From: Mycobacteriales bacterium
Lineage (GTDB): Bacteria; Actinomycetota; Actinomycetes; JAFAQI01
Direction: 5' to 3'
Assembly: GCA_035501255.1 (NCBI GenBank)
Contig: DATJWM010000135.1
Location: 60 to 64,059, forward strand
DNA: 64,000 nt
Under the pieces are notes generated by a model. That model made no database searches and was not told the origin of the DNA. It was given only the letters and a program-made list of their open reading frames with translations. The translations under genes and the position numbers were made by a program. Shown here piece by piece: positions 1 to 12,637 of this stretch (position 1 is the first letter of the stretch; each line of letters opens with the position of its first letter).

Positions 1-2872
<2,872 letters not shown>

Positions 2873-3019
2873 CTTCCTGATCGCGGGGGTGCGGACGGGT
2901 GCGACGACGGGCTCGGTCACTGCGCGCCACCGTCGGATAGCAGGGAACGCGATGACGCCAGTCTCTCATTCCGTGACAACCTGATTCGAAGACTCCGGAC
3001 GGACGGGCGGGATGCGGAC

Positions 3020-3826
3020 ATGGCGATCGCTGCATCGGACGTACTACTGACCGGCCGCGTCGCCGTCGTCACAGGCGGTGGGGCGGGGATCGGGCGCGCA
3101 ATCGCGGCCGGCCTCACCGCTTTCGGTGCGTCGGTCGCGATCTGGGAGCGAGACCCCGTGTCCTGCCAGGAGTCGGCGGAGGCGATCGGAGCACTCGGGA
3201 TCCTCGCCGACGTCCGCGAGACCGAGTCCGTCGACGCCGCGTTGGCCCGCACCGCCGCCGAGCTCGGTCCGGTGACGATCCTCGTCAACAACGCCGGAGG
3301 GGTGTTCTCCTCCCCGCTGTTAGAGACCTCGGAAAACGGCTGGGACGCCCTCTACCGAGCCAACCTGCGGCACGTGCTGGTGTGCACTCAGCGGGTCGCA
3401 CGCGAGATGGTGGCCGCTCGGTTGCCGGGCAGCGTCACGAACATCACGTCGATCGAGGGGGTCCGGGCTGCGCCCGGTTATGCGGCGTACGCCGCCGCCA
3501 AGGCAGGGGTCATCAACTACACGAAGACCGCGGCGCTCGAACTCGCTCCGTACGGAATCCGAGTCAACGCACTCGCGCCGGACATCACCGTGACGGAGGG
3601 CCTTCTGGCGCTGGCCGGACCCGATGCGGAACAACGGTTCGGTGATGCGGTGCCGATGGGCCGTGCCGGTCACGTCGATGAGATCGCAGGGGCCGCCGTG
3701 TTCCTCGCCTCGGACCTCGCGAGCTACGTCACCGGTCAGACACTCCACGTCGACGGCGGGACGCAGGCGGCCTCTGGCTGGTACCTGGATCCGCAGTCCG
3801 GCTCGTATGTTCTCGGACCACGGTGA
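3020..3826 (+). CDS. Short-chain dehydrogenase/reductase (SDR) family oxidoreductase
   Basis: TGGGAGIG Rossmann motif, NNAG, and YxxxK (YAAAKAG) catalytic motif. The internal ATG at 3020 (MAIAASD) is preferred over the track start at 2825. Confidence 0.85.
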   Translation: MAIAASDVLLTGRVAVVTGGGAGIGRAIAAGLTAFGASVAIWERDPVSCQESAEAIGALGILADVRETESVDAALARTAAELGPVTILVNNAGGVFSSPLLETSENGWDALYRANLRHVLVCTQRVAREMVAARLPGSVTNITSIEGVRAAPGYAAYAAAKAGVINYTKTAALELAPYGIRVNALAPDITVTEGLLALAGPDAEQRFGDAVPMGRAGHVDEIAGAAVFLASDLASYVTGQTLHVDGGTQAASGWYLDPQSGSYVLGPR

Positions 3827-4968
3827 GCGTCGAGACGGGAGGCAACCAGGCCGCTAGGCTCGCGCCGATGGCACCGCCTCAGTCAGCCCACCCGGAGGAT
3901 CGTCACTCGATCCGGACCCGACCGACACGCTCCTTCGGTGGGCGCAGGGCCGTCGCAGTGGTGTGTGCCCTTGTCGCCGCCGGCACGGCGCTCACCGCCT
4001 GCGGGTCCTCGGACTCCTCCTCGGCCGGCTCCTGCAATGTCACCAAGGTTGCCGACGATGTCCTGCCTTCCGTCGTGAAGATTGCGGCGAGCGGCTCGGG
4101 CGGAAGTGGCACCGGCTCCGGCGAAGTGATCGACTCCGCCGGCCATATCGTGACGAACAACCACGTGATCTCGGTGGCCGCCAACGGCGGCTCGGTTCAG
4201 GTGGTGTTCTCCGGCGGGAAGTCGGTGCCCGCAACGATCACCGGTCGCGACCCGCAAACCGACATTGCCGTGCTCAAGGTCGACCCCCCCGAGGGGATGA
4301 CGGTGATCGGAATCGGATCCTCCGATTCGGTCCGGGTCGGACAACCGGTCGTAGCCCTCGGTGCGCCGCTCGGCCTCGACGGAACGGTCACCGCGGGAAT
4401 CGTGAGCGCGATGGACCGAACGGTGCAGGTTCCGGGCGAGTCGAACCGGCACGCGCTCCTCGTGGGGGCGCTTCAGACCGATGCCTCGATCAACCCGGGC
4501 AACAGCGGCGGCGCTCTCGTCAACTGCAACGGCGATCTCGTCGGCGTGCCGACCGCCGGGGCAGTGGTGCCCAACCCCTCTGGCGAGTCCGCCGGAGGCA
4601 GCATCGGCCTCGGGTTCGCGATTCCCGTCGACCTTGCGATCAGTCTCGCCGATCAAATCATCAACACGGGGCGAGTCACGCACGCCTATTTCGGCCTCCA
4701 GACGGTTCCGATCCCCTCCTCGGCCGCACATGCGGAAGGGTTGCCGCAGGGGCTCCTCGTCACGTCGGTGGTCGCGGGCGGTCCGGCTGCGGTCGCCGGC
4801 CTGCAGCCCAACGACGTGATCACGACGATCGACGGCGAGGCGGCGACCACCAACGTGCAACTCGAGTCACTGTCGATCACGAAAGCGGCCGGCGATGCCG
4901 TGCCGGTCGAGTACGTACGAGCCGGGCAGACTCACCGTGCAACGATCACGCTCGGCGCGACTCCCTGA
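3823..4968 (+). CDS. HtrA/DegP-like S1C serine protease with C-terminal PDZ domain, probable lipoprotein
   Basis: Catalytic triad context TNNHV / DIAVLKV / GNSGGAL. PDZ-like tail (LLVTSVVAGGPAAVAGLQPNDVITTIDG). LTAC lipobox after a hydrophobic stretch. GTGA overlap with the SDR stop. An alternative ATG exists at 3868. Confidence 0.85.
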   Translation: MSVETGGNQAARLAPMAPPQSAHPEDRHSIRTRPTRSFGGRRAVAVVCALVAAGTALTACGSSDSSSAGSCNVTKVADDVLPSVVKIAASGSGGSGTGSGEVIDSAGHIVTNNHVISVAANGGSVQVVFSGGKSVPATITGRDPQTDIAVLKVDPPEGMTVIGIGSSDSVRVGQPVVALGAPLGLDGTVTAGIVSAMDRTVQVPGESNRHALLVGALQTDASINPGNSGGALVNCNGDLVGVPTAGAVVPNPSGESAGGSIGLGFAIPVDLAISLADQIINTGRVTHAYFGLQTVPIPSSAAHAEGLPQGLLVTSVVAGGPAAVAGLQPNDVITTIDGEAATTNVQLESLSITKAAGDAVPVEYVRAGQTHRATITLGATP

Positions 4969-4992
4969 GCGACGAGCTACTCCTGCGACGGG

Positions 4993-5268
4993 TCAGGAGT
5001 TGAGGACTTTGGCCTTCTGAGCCTCGAACTCGGCGTCGGTGAGCACGCCCTGAGCATGCAGTTCCGCGAGCTGCTTCAACTGCTCGATCGGGTCCGGGGC
5101 GGCGGGGGCGGGGGCGGGGGCAGCGGGCGGCGGTGCGGCGTACTGCTGCTGCTGCTCGTCCTGGCTGGCCCACCGGTTGGCCTGGCGGCGCGACACTCGG
5201 TTGGACACTGCGGTGGCGGTGCCGGCCACCACAGCGGTGCGGGCGACTCCGCGCATCAGTCCTGGCAT
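4993..5268 (-). CDS. SHOCT domain-containing small protein
   Basis: C-terminal IEQLKQLAELHAQGVLTDAEFEAQKAKVL is the typical SHOCT motif. A Pro/Ala/Gln linker precedes it. Confidence 0.75.
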   Translation of the reverse strand: MPGLMRGVARTAVVAGTATAVSNRVSRRQANRWASQDEQQQQYAAPPPAAPAPAPAAPDPIEQLKQLAELHAQGVLTDAEFEAQKAKVLNS

Positions 5269-5310
5269 CGTGAGGTCTCCTTCTTCGTGCTCGGTCCGGG
5301 GATTGGGTTG

Positions 5311-5763
5311 TTACTCGATCGCGTCGAGGGAGGCAAGCAGCGCATCCTGCGGGATGTAGCCCGCCGCGACAAGCTGAGCGTCCCCTGCCCGCAACGCCTG
5401 GACGAAGCTCGTGGCCCAGCGGTTTTCGAAGATCAGGATCGCGGCCGAGGAGCCCGGTTCGATCGCGTCTGCAGCATCGGCGAGATCGGTGTCGTCGATC
5501 AGACCGGCGGACGCTCCTTCGAAGACCGCCAGGTCGAACTCACCGTCGAGGTCGATATCGGTCAACTCGACGGCCACGATGGAACCGTCGTCATCGCGGC
5601 GCACAAAGCACAGATCGAGAATGCTGATCAGGCCACGATCGACGAGGTCGAGCAGGATCGGAAAGCCCTCACCCGTCATCTTGTTTCCCGGGAATTCGAC
5701 GATCAGGTAGCTGATCGGACCGAGGGCTCGGTCAGCTTCTCCGTCGATGTTCGTGGCCGTCAT
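5311..5763 (-). CDS. Conserved hypothetical protein, DUF6325-like
   Basis: SYLIVEFPGNKMTGEGFPILLDLVDRGLISILDLCFVRRDDDG matches my memory of the DUF6325 family, which commonly sits beside SHOCT proteins. Recognition is from memory only. Confidence 0.6.
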   Translation of the reverse strand: MTATNIDGEADRALGPISYLIVEFPGNKMTGEGFPILLDLVDRGLISILDLCFVRRDDDGSIVAVELTDIDLDGEFDLAVFEGASAGLIDDTDLADAADAIEPGSSAAILIFENRWATSFVQALRAGDAQLVAAGYIPQDALLASLDAIE

Positions 5764-5951
5764 CGCGTGCTCCTCTGCTGATCAATCGGTGGGGCCTGAC
5801 CACGATCATTGCATCCGCGATCAGCCAATGCGACCCCCTCGGTGTCGAGCCAAGCTCTCGGGCAGCGTCGCCGCAGCCATCTTGACAATCCGAGCAGCGA
5901 CCTGCTGACCATTACCGGGCGTTGCCTCACAGCCCCAGTTCAGGAGGTGCG

Positions 5952-7373
5952 ATGCAGGACACCGAATCGCCGGCGACCGCTGCACCCCAGGCCCAAGGCT
6001 TCGGCCTGGGAGTCGCCATCGCGCTAATCGTCGGCTCGATCATCGGGGTCGGGATCTTCAACCTTCCGACGTCGCTCGCGAGCTACGGCCCGATCACCTT
6101 GGTGTCGATGGGGCTGACCACGATCGGCGCCTTGGCCCTCGCGATCCTGTTTGCGGCGCTCTCCCGGCGCCTGCCCGCCGACGGCGGTCCGTACGCCTAC
6201 GCCCGCGTCGGGTTCGGTAACACCCTGGGTTTCTACAACGCCTGGTCGTACTGGATCACGGCGTGGGCAGGCAACGCCGCCATCGCGGTGGGCTGGGTGC
6301 TGTACGTCGAGGTCTTCGTCAACAAGGGTCACCACCGCGGGTGGTCGATTCTGCTGGTGCTCATCGGTCTGTGGCTTCCCGCGCTCGTCAACCTGTCCGG
6401 CGTCAAGAACATGGGTTCGGTTCAGGTTGTTACGACGATCGTCAAGTACGTCGCAGTCGGCTTCATGGCTACCGTCGGCCTGTTCTTCATCAAGAGCGCG
6501 AACTACACCCCCTGGAACGTCAGCGGCGACAACGTCATCAATGCCGTCGGTGGCGGAATGGCGATCGCGCTGTTCAGCTATCTCGGGGTTGAGACCGCCG
6601 CGGTCGCGGCCGGCAAGGTCCGCGACCCGGACCGGAACATTCCCCGCTCAACGATCCTCGGCACGTTGGCGACCGCAGTGGTGTACATGCTCTCGCTGAC
6701 CGCGGTCTTCGGCATCGTGCCGACCTCCACGCTGGTCAACTCGACCGCACCCTTCTCGGACGCGGCAAACGTCATCTTCGGCGGCACCTGGGCCGGGAAG
6801 GCGATGGCCGTGGCTGTGATCATCTCCGGTCTGGGGGCACTCAACGGCTGGACGATGATCTGCGCCGAGATGCCGCTCGCCGCCGCTGAGGACGGGCTCT
6901 TCCCGGAGCGCTTCAAGCGACTGTCCAGTGCCGGTGTGCCAACCTTCGGGATCATCTCCTCGACCGTTCTCGCGTCCGCCGCCATGATCATCAACTTCAT
7001 CGGGTCGGGCGGGGCCACGGTCTTCACCACCCTGGTGCTGATGACGGGCATCACCGCCGCCATCCCCTACGGCTTCTCGGCGCTCGCACAGATCAAATGG
7101 CGCCTGGCCGACCACCGGCAGATCGACACTCCGCACTTCGCGCGCGACATGGTCGTTGCCATCCTCGCCCTCATCTTCTCGGTGCTGTTCATCGTGTACT
7201 CGCGCAATACCGGACACAGCTTCTGGACGTACTGGGCGCCGTTCTTCATGGCCGGTGGTGCGCTGCTTCTCGGCATTCCGGTATACCGAATGCAGGAATC
7301 GTCGATGACCGAGCCTCCGCCGACCCCGCCGTACCCGGCCGCCTCGGGCAGATCCGCGGGGCACGACCGGTAA
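5952..7373 (+). CDS. APC-superfamily amino acid permease or basic amino acid antiporter
   Basis: About 12 hydrophobic segments. N-terminal GSIIGVGIFNLPTSLA motif typical of APC transporters. ATG at 5952 is preceded by AGGAGG. Confidence 0.85.
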   Translation: MQDTESPATAAPQAQGFGLGVAIALIVGSIIGVGIFNLPTSLASYGPITLVSMGLTTIGALALAILFAALSRRLPADGGPYAYARVGFGNTLGFYNAWSYWITAWAGNAAIAVGWVLYVEVFVNKGHHRGWSILLVLIGLWLPALVNLSGVKNMGSVQVVTTIVKYVAVGFMATVGLFFIKSANYTPWNVSGDNVINAVGGGMAIALFSYLGVETAAVAAGKVRDPDRNIPRSTILGTLATAVVYMLSLTAVFGIVPTSTLVNSTAPFSDAANVIFGGTWAGKAMAVAVIISGLGALNGWTMICAEMPLAAAEDGLFPERFKRLSSAGVPTFGIISSTVLASAAMIINFIGSGGATVFTTLVLMTGITAAIPYGFSALAQIKWRLADHRQIDTPHFARDMVVAILALIFSVLFIVYSRNTGHSFWTYWAPFFMAGGALLLGIPVYRMQESSMTEPPPTPPYPAASGRSAGHDR

Positions 7374-7409
7374 TTCGGCCGGCCGCACATGCTGGTTCCC
7401 GCGAACGGT

Positions 7410-10400
7410 TCAGTGCACCGTCACCGTCTCATGGCCGGTGTGCCGATGTCCGGCATGGGTGTAGGTCAGGACGAGGTGGTAACGACCCTTGTGCAGAGCA
7501 TGCCGCTGGTTCAGCGTGATCCGCTTCGGATGTGTCAACGCCGAGGCGAGTCCACTCCCGAAGACCTTCTTGCCGCGACGCAGGGTGGCGTGAACCTCGC
7601 GGCCGGTGACCGTCACCTGACCGCTCCCCACAGTGCTCACGGTGAGCGAGCAGGTGTGGGACTTGCACGAGAGGAAGTCGACCTTGGCGGGTTTGATTGC
7701 GCGCAGGTGGGCCCGGCCGGCCCGGCCGGACAGCAGGTTGGGGCCACCTTGGCCGACGACCGTGGCGGTATAGGAGTCCGACGGTAGGACCTTGCCAAGG
7801 GTGACCGATCGATGCTTGGGGCTGGTGAACGTGGTCACCAGGCGTCCATCGTTCCCGCGAAGCGTCACGCGATAACGGCGGACGTGGTGCGCCGCAGCCC
7901 AGGTCAGCCGCGCGCCCGAGCCGCCGGTGCGAACCATCCGCACATGGTGGACACCACTGGGACGCACGGCAGGAGGCGCCTTGAAGGAGCCGACCTTCAG
8001 CGTTCGCAGCGGAGCGCCGGCTGAGGAGCGCAGATAGGCGACGATCGACCGTTTGCGTCCTAGCGCGTCCTGCGGAGTGAACGTCACAGTTCCATGCGCG
8101 CGCCGCGCGGTGCCGACCACGTCGGTGCTGTCGTGACCGCGCTCGACAAACTGGATCTGAGAACCGGCGACGTAGTGCGCGATCCGGTAGCGGAGTTGGT
8201 AGCGGCGACCATGCAGTCGCTTGACGTGAGTGTGGATCTTCGCTGGCGGCGCGTCCCCGGCTTGGTGGACCTGGGTGACCTTGGGTGCTCCGGCCGCCTC
8301 CACCACCTTCCAAGTTCCGCCCTGCGGCTTGCGCAGAAAGACGATGATCTGGTGGGTGTCGGGCGCGATCGCTGCGACGTACTTTCCCTTGGCTTTGCTC
8401 ACCTCACCCGCGGCGGTCGGAGTGGTGAACTTCTGGCCGCTTGGCGAGATCAAGGTCACCGTCGGGTCGTCCGCGTTCGCCGTGAGCTTCAGCTCGACAC
8501 CCTGCTGACCGCCGGCAATGTGGATCGTTTGGTACTTGGTCCCCGCAGCCGAGGTCACGGACCCGTGGAATCCGCGCTCGCTGCCGACGAACCCGCCGGT
8601 GTGTTGAGCCACCGGAGTCTGTTGGTACTGCTTGAGCTGGTCCGAGCAGTTGCTGAACCCGAAGAAGCCACCGCTGATGCTGCCGTCGGCGAACCCGTAC
8701 CTGCCCTGAGCGCCGAAGCCGGAGATGTCAGCGCAGCCGGCGATGTAGTTGTTGTTGATCAAGCCCGCCACCTCGGCACTGATCACCCACAACTTCAAGG
8801 CAACGTTCCCATCCGCCTCCCATCGACCGCTACTGGGCTCATCCCAGAACGAGATGCCGCCGCTGGCGCTGACGACCGGGTCGTCGCTCGGGTATTTCAG
8901 GGACAGCTTCAACTGGGCGTCGGTGTATCCGTCGGAATAGACGTCGGCAGCCAACGACGCGATCTCATCGTCGGACAGCGACAGCGATCCCTTCCCGCCG
9001 AAGAGCCCGAGCGTCGTGTCGGTCGCATCGCGGTATTTGAAGGCAAGGCTGAGCTCGAGCTCCTCGGCAATGCTCGCGCCGAGCTGCCCACCGAACTGGA
9101 GCGGGTTGACGCCGATCGATCCGCCGAGCTGGTTCAGCAGGATCCCTGGGTAGATCGGTACGCCCGTGCCGGTCGGAGCCGTGAAAAGCATCGACGCGTA
9201 GGAGAACTGTCCCTGCTTGAAGTCGAGTTCCGCCGCGAGACTCGGCTGGCTCAGCGGACCGAAGATCAACGTCCCTTTCGCCTGCCACGTGTCCCGCTTC
9301 GAAGCATCCGGATCGCTGGGGAAGTAGTAGACGAACGACGCGTCCTTCACCTGGAAGATGTCGGCGATCCCCGCCTTCGGAATCGTGAACTGTAGGGACG
9401 CCAGATTGATCCCGGTGGTGGGATCGGCCACGATCTCGAGCGACCCGGTCGCCTCAAACCCCACCGACTGCAGATCCAGAGCGACCTGCACGTCGAAGAG
9501 GGACTGACCCTTGTTGTTCAGGTAGACCTTCACCTGACCGGTCAACGGGAAGCCGCCCGGCAGCGTCGCGCAAGCGCTGGATCCACCGCTCGGCGGGCAG
9601 CAGGCAGGGTTCTTGCCGGCCGAGGAGCATGACTCGCCGACCCCGAAGCTCGCCAGCAGGGTCTTCCCGCCGTTCTCGTCGTCGAACGCGCCTCGATGCG
9701 TGGCCGGCGCACGATCAGCGGAACGGATCGCACCACCCAGGTGAATCACCGGCGGGACGAACGCCTTGAAGGTCAACTGCATCGGATTCGTGCTGAGATC
9801 CATCCCTCCGACGACCACGTTGCCGATGGGGGTGTTCAACAACTCGACATCCGTGACCGGTCCGGACAACCGGGTGCCACTGCCAATGCCCAGCTGGTTG
9901 AACTTGCTGATCGTGAACACGCCGTAGCCGCCCCCGCGCGGCACGAGCGCCATGCCGTCGAGGTCGAGAACTTTCGTCTGGATTACCCATCCACCTTGGG
10001 GCAACGTCTGTATGCAGTCGGCAATGATGTGGACGTCACCGTCGTCGTACGTCGATGTGCAGTCTCCCTGCCCGCCATCGGACATCGGAAGGGAGATCGG
10101 TGGCGGCGCGGCGGTGAAGGTCGTGTGAGTGCTTGCCGACTGTCCGCCGGAGTTGGTGATGGTGAGGCCGATCGTGTGAGTGCCCGGCGGGAAGATGAAC
10201 GTGGCGTTCGGGTTGCTGCCGGTGCTCGTATCGATGTGACCGTCGTCGTTGAAGTCCCAGTCATAGGACACGATCGTCGATCCGCTGGCTCCGCCTGGCG
10301 TCGAGCCACTGCCGTCGAACGTCACCGGTTGTCCGCCGGTCGGGTCGGTGGTGTCCACGGCCACGCTTGCGGTCGGTGACCCACCCCCGCCACCCGTCGT

Positions 10401-11012
10401 CGTGAAGGAGAGGTCGTCGATCCCGACCTGCGGCGCCAGAGCCGCATCGGAGACCGAGGTCGTACTGATGATCTGGAAGTAGGAGATCGACGCCGAGCTC
10501 CCGGTCGGCGACGCAGTGAGCGCCGTCCACGTGCCTGCGGGTGCAGTCGCGGTGCCGGTCGCCACCTCGGTACCGCCGGCGTCGTACCCGTAGATCGTCA
10601 TCGCCACGGCCGCGCCGGACGCGGCGAGGCTCGACACCTCAACCGACAGTGAGCTCGTCGCACCGTTGGAGAAGTAGCCGTAGGTGTCGGCGAAGTAGCG
10701 GGCGACGGCGCCGGGCGGCGAACAGTCCGGCAGGACGGCGTAATTCGGCGACGAGTACGCCGTCGCGATGCTGCTGACGGACGGCGATCCGCAGTCCGCG
10801 TTCGTGGGTGACTGGCCGAAGCCGCTCGCCAGACCGAACTCGACGCCCTGCGACGAATACTGGTTGGACACCACCGTGCCGATCGCCAGATCGTCGAAGT
10901 TGATGACCGGCGGGGTCGCCGCACGCGCCGCGTGCGCCGGCCCGACCACGAACGCCGTACTCGCGAGCAGTGCCGCCATCGTGGCGGCAACCTGTGGCGA
11001 CCGCATCCGCAT
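7410..11012 (-). CDS. Large secreted protein (about 1200 aa) with a PKD domain and C-terminal Ig/FN3-like repeats; function unknown
   Basis: Signal peptide MRMRSPQVAATMAALLASTAFVVGPAHAARA at the chosen start 11012. PKD signature VTFDGSGS...YDWDFNDDGHIDT...HTIGLTITNSGG. C-terminal beta-rich repeats (RYRVTLRGNDGRLVTTFTS...). About 700 central residues cannot be assigned by eye. Confidence 0.75.
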   Translation of the reverse strand: MRMRSPQVAATMAALLASTAFVVGPAHAARAATPPVINFDDLAIGTVVSNQYSSQGVEFGLASGFGQSPTNADCGSPSVSSIATAYSSPNYAVLPDCSPPGAVARYFADTYGYFSNGATSSLSVEVSSLAASGAAVAMTIYGYDAGGTEVATGTATAPAGTWTALTASPTGSSASISYFQIISTTSVSDAALAPQVGIDDLSFTTTGGGGGSPTASVAVDTTDPTGGQPVTFDGSGSTPGGASGSTIVSYDWDFNDDGHIDTSTGSNPNATFIFPPGTHTIGLTITNSGGQSASTHTTFTAAPPPISLPMSDGGQGDCTSTYDDGDVHIIADCIQTLPQGGWVIQTKVLDLDGMALVPRGGGYGVFTISKFNQLGIGSGTRLSGPVTDVELLNTPIGNVVVGGMDLSTNPMQLTFKAFVPPVIHLGGAIRSADRAPATHRGAFDDENGGKTLLASFGVGESCSSAGKNPACCPPSGGSSACATLPGGFPLTGQVKVYLNNKGQSLFDVQVALDLQSVGFEATGSLEIVADPTTGINLASLQFTIPKAGIADIFQVKDASFVYYFPSDPDASKRDTWQAKGTLIFGPLSQPSLAAELDFKQGQFSYASMLFTAPTGTGVPIYPGILLNQLGGSIGVNPLQFGGQLGASIAEELELSLAFKYRDATDTTLGLFGGKGSLSLSDDEIASLAADVYSDGYTDAQLKLSLKYPSDDPVVSASGGISFWDEPSSGRWEADGNVALKLWVISAEVAGLINNNYIAGCADISGFGAQGRYGFADGSISGGFFGFSNCSDQLKQYQQTPVAQHTGGFVGSERGFHGSVTSAAGTKYQTIHIAGGQQGVELKLTANADDPTVTLISPSGQKFTTPTAAGEVSKAKGKYVAAIAPDTHQIIVFLRKPQGGTWKVVEAAGAPKVTQVHQAGDAPPAKIHTHVKRLHGRRYQLRYRIAHYVAGSQIQFVERGHDSTDVVGTARRAHGTVTFTPQDALGRKRSIVAYLRSSAGAPLRTLKVGSFKAPPAVRPSGVHHVRMVRTGGSGARLTWAAAHHVRRYRVTLRGNDGRLVTTFTSPKHRSVTLGKVLPSDSYTATVVGQGGPNLLSGRAGRAHLRAIKPAKVDFLSCKSHTCSLTVSTVGSGQVTVTGREVHATLRRGKKVFGSGLASALTHPKRITLNQRHALHKGRYHLVLTYTHAGHRHTGHETVTVH

Positions 11013-11104
11013 CACCTGGCGCCCCCAGGGCCTCGGCTCGACCGGCATACCGTAGCGCCGGGCTGCGCCCGGCGCCACCGCCGTCCGGGCGGATCCCGGC
11101 GTTT

Positions 11105-11198
11105 CTGAGCACAACCGGCGCGCGCCGCGCGCGCCGCGCGTGCCGCATCGCGGGAAAATGCGCGACACGGCCGCGCGACACGCCGGGGTTGTGCTCAG
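11105..11198. repeat. Composite GC-rich hairpin: 12-bp perfect inverted repeat enclosing nested tandem repeats
   Basis: CTGAGCACAACC (11105-11116) pairs with GGTTGTGCTCAG (11187-11198). Inside are 3 x 9-mer CGCG(C/T)GCCG (11119-11145) and 2 x 13-nt-period GCGCGACACG (11160-11182). It lies 23 nt after the oxidoreductase stop. Confidence 0.7.
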
Positions 11199-11220
11199 GA
11201 ACGCCGCGACAACGAACGGG

Positions 11221-12606
11221 TCAGCCGACGGCCGACAGCGCTGTCATCCGGGCGAGGCCGGCGTCCGCGACGGACGCGAGCCGCGCCATCGCCCCCTGCA
11301 CGGCGGGGGTGTCGCGTTGATCGGCCGGGATTCGAGCCGGATTCAACGCGCATCGGTTCATCCATTCGGCGATGTCGGGTTCGGCGCCGAACGCGCGGGT
11401 CGCCAACGTTCCGCGCATCTGCATCTGCACCCAACTCGCGGGGCTGTCGGAAAAGGAGTTCGGCGGGCACAACCGGTTGCGGTCGCGGTCGTCGTCGCGG
11501 GTCGCCTCGACGTACCCGGCCAGCGCCGCGGCGAAGCACGGGAAACCTGCCCGCACCGATTGCAGCCGGATCACACCCGGTTGCCACAGCGGGACCAGTG
11601 GCGTGCAGGGCAGACCCGCAGCCGCGCAGTGGACAACGATCGAGCCGGGAGCCAGCGGGAGCGTGCCGTTGTCCAGCACGATCTCAGTCTCCGACACGGA
11701 CCTGACGTGGCCCAGACGTACGACGTCGTCGACGGTACGGAGCAGATCGAGCTCCCACGACCCGAGCGTCGGTGCCTTCGCCATCGTGGGCTGGGTGTCC
11801 GGATCGATCCGAAGCATCACGCCCGCCGCCTCGAGACCCAGGAACAACTCATCCACGGAATCGGCGTCCGCCGCCGCGGCCATCAGGTCGGTCGCCATTC
11901 CCAGCGCCACGACCGGATCCGGTTGCACGACCGCGCGGTTGAGCATCCACGGCTCGCGCGGACGCACCCACGTCAGTCGATCGGAGGGCACTGCGTGCGT
12001 GATCAGCCAGACGATCGCATCGGTTGCGGTCTTACCGGAACCGATGACGACGAACCGGGTCGGTGCGTCGACCAAACTACCGAGCGCATTGACCGGAATA
12101 ACGCGGGCGCCGTCCGCCACGCCGAAGGGCGGTGGCGTCGTGGCGGGGATCGTCGGCGACAGGTAGGTCGCGTCGACCACTCGGCGCCGTACGTCGATCT
12201 CCACCGTCCGTCCGGAGACGAGCGAGGTCGCGAGGTGAACTCTCGCGTCCGAGCGATATTCGCTGCCGGCAAGGAAGCTCACCCGGTCGGAACCGAGGAA
12301 GCGGCCGAACAGAATGCCGTCGTAGTAGTGCTGGATCTCCGATCGGCGGGCCCTCTCCTGCAAACCCTCCTCGGGTCCGCGGGTTTGGACGGCGCCGGTT
12401 CCGAGGACGGTCGACGCGACGCCGTAGAACTGCGACGCCTGATGCAATTGGACGAACGGATAGGCGTCCTGCCAGTGGCCGCCGGGCGCGTACCGCCGGT
12501 CGACGATGGTGACGTGGACGTCAGCGTGGTCGATCAACGCGTCGGTGAAGGCCATCCCCATGGCGCCCGCACCGATGACCAGGTAGTCGGTGCTCAGCAT
12601 CTTCAC
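11221..12606 (-). CDS. FAD/NAD(P)-binding oxidoreductase (flavin monooxygenase-like)
   Basis: N-terminal DYLVIGAGAMG dinucleotide-binding motif and a second VVIGSGKTATD Rossmann motif. Confidence 0.8.
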   Translation of the reverse strand: MKMLSTDYLVIGAGAMGMAFTDALIDHADVHVTIVDRRYAPGGHWQDAYPFVQLHQASQFYGVASTVLGTGAVQTRGPEEGLQERARRSEIQHYYDGILFGRFLGSDRVSFLAGSEYRSDARVHLATSLVSGRTVEIDVRRRVVDATYLSPTIPATTPPPFGVADGARVIPVNALGSLVDAPTRFVVIGSGKTATDAIVWLITHAVPSDRLTWVRPREPWMLNRAVVQPDPVVALGMATDLMAAAADADSVDELFLGLEAAGVMLRIDPDTQPTMAKAPTLGSWELDLLRTVDDVVRLGHVRSVSETEIVLDNGTLPLAPGSIVVHCAAAGLPCTPLVPLWQPGVIRLQSVRAGFPCFAAALAGYVEATRDDDRDRNRLCPPNSFSDSPASWVQMQMRGTLATRAFGAEPDIAEWMNRCALNPARIPADQRDTPAVQGAMARLASVADAGLARMTALSAVG

Positions 12607-12637
12607 ACAGCCACGATCTCGCGACTCATCACACTAG

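Noticed and set aside
2873-3019. Riboswitch (B12, SAM or SAH) in the metH 5' leader
   Set aside because: I looked for a B12 box, the GCCACTG core, and SAM-IV- or SAH-like conserved stretches on the minus strand. I found only vague similarity (ATGAGAGACTGGCG). That is not enough to call without a covariance-model scan such as Infernal/Rfam.
7374-7409. Terminator between the permease and the large secreted protein gene
   Set aside because: Only a self-complementary CGGCCGGCCG run with no loop or tail was seen. That is insufficient to call a hairpin terminator.
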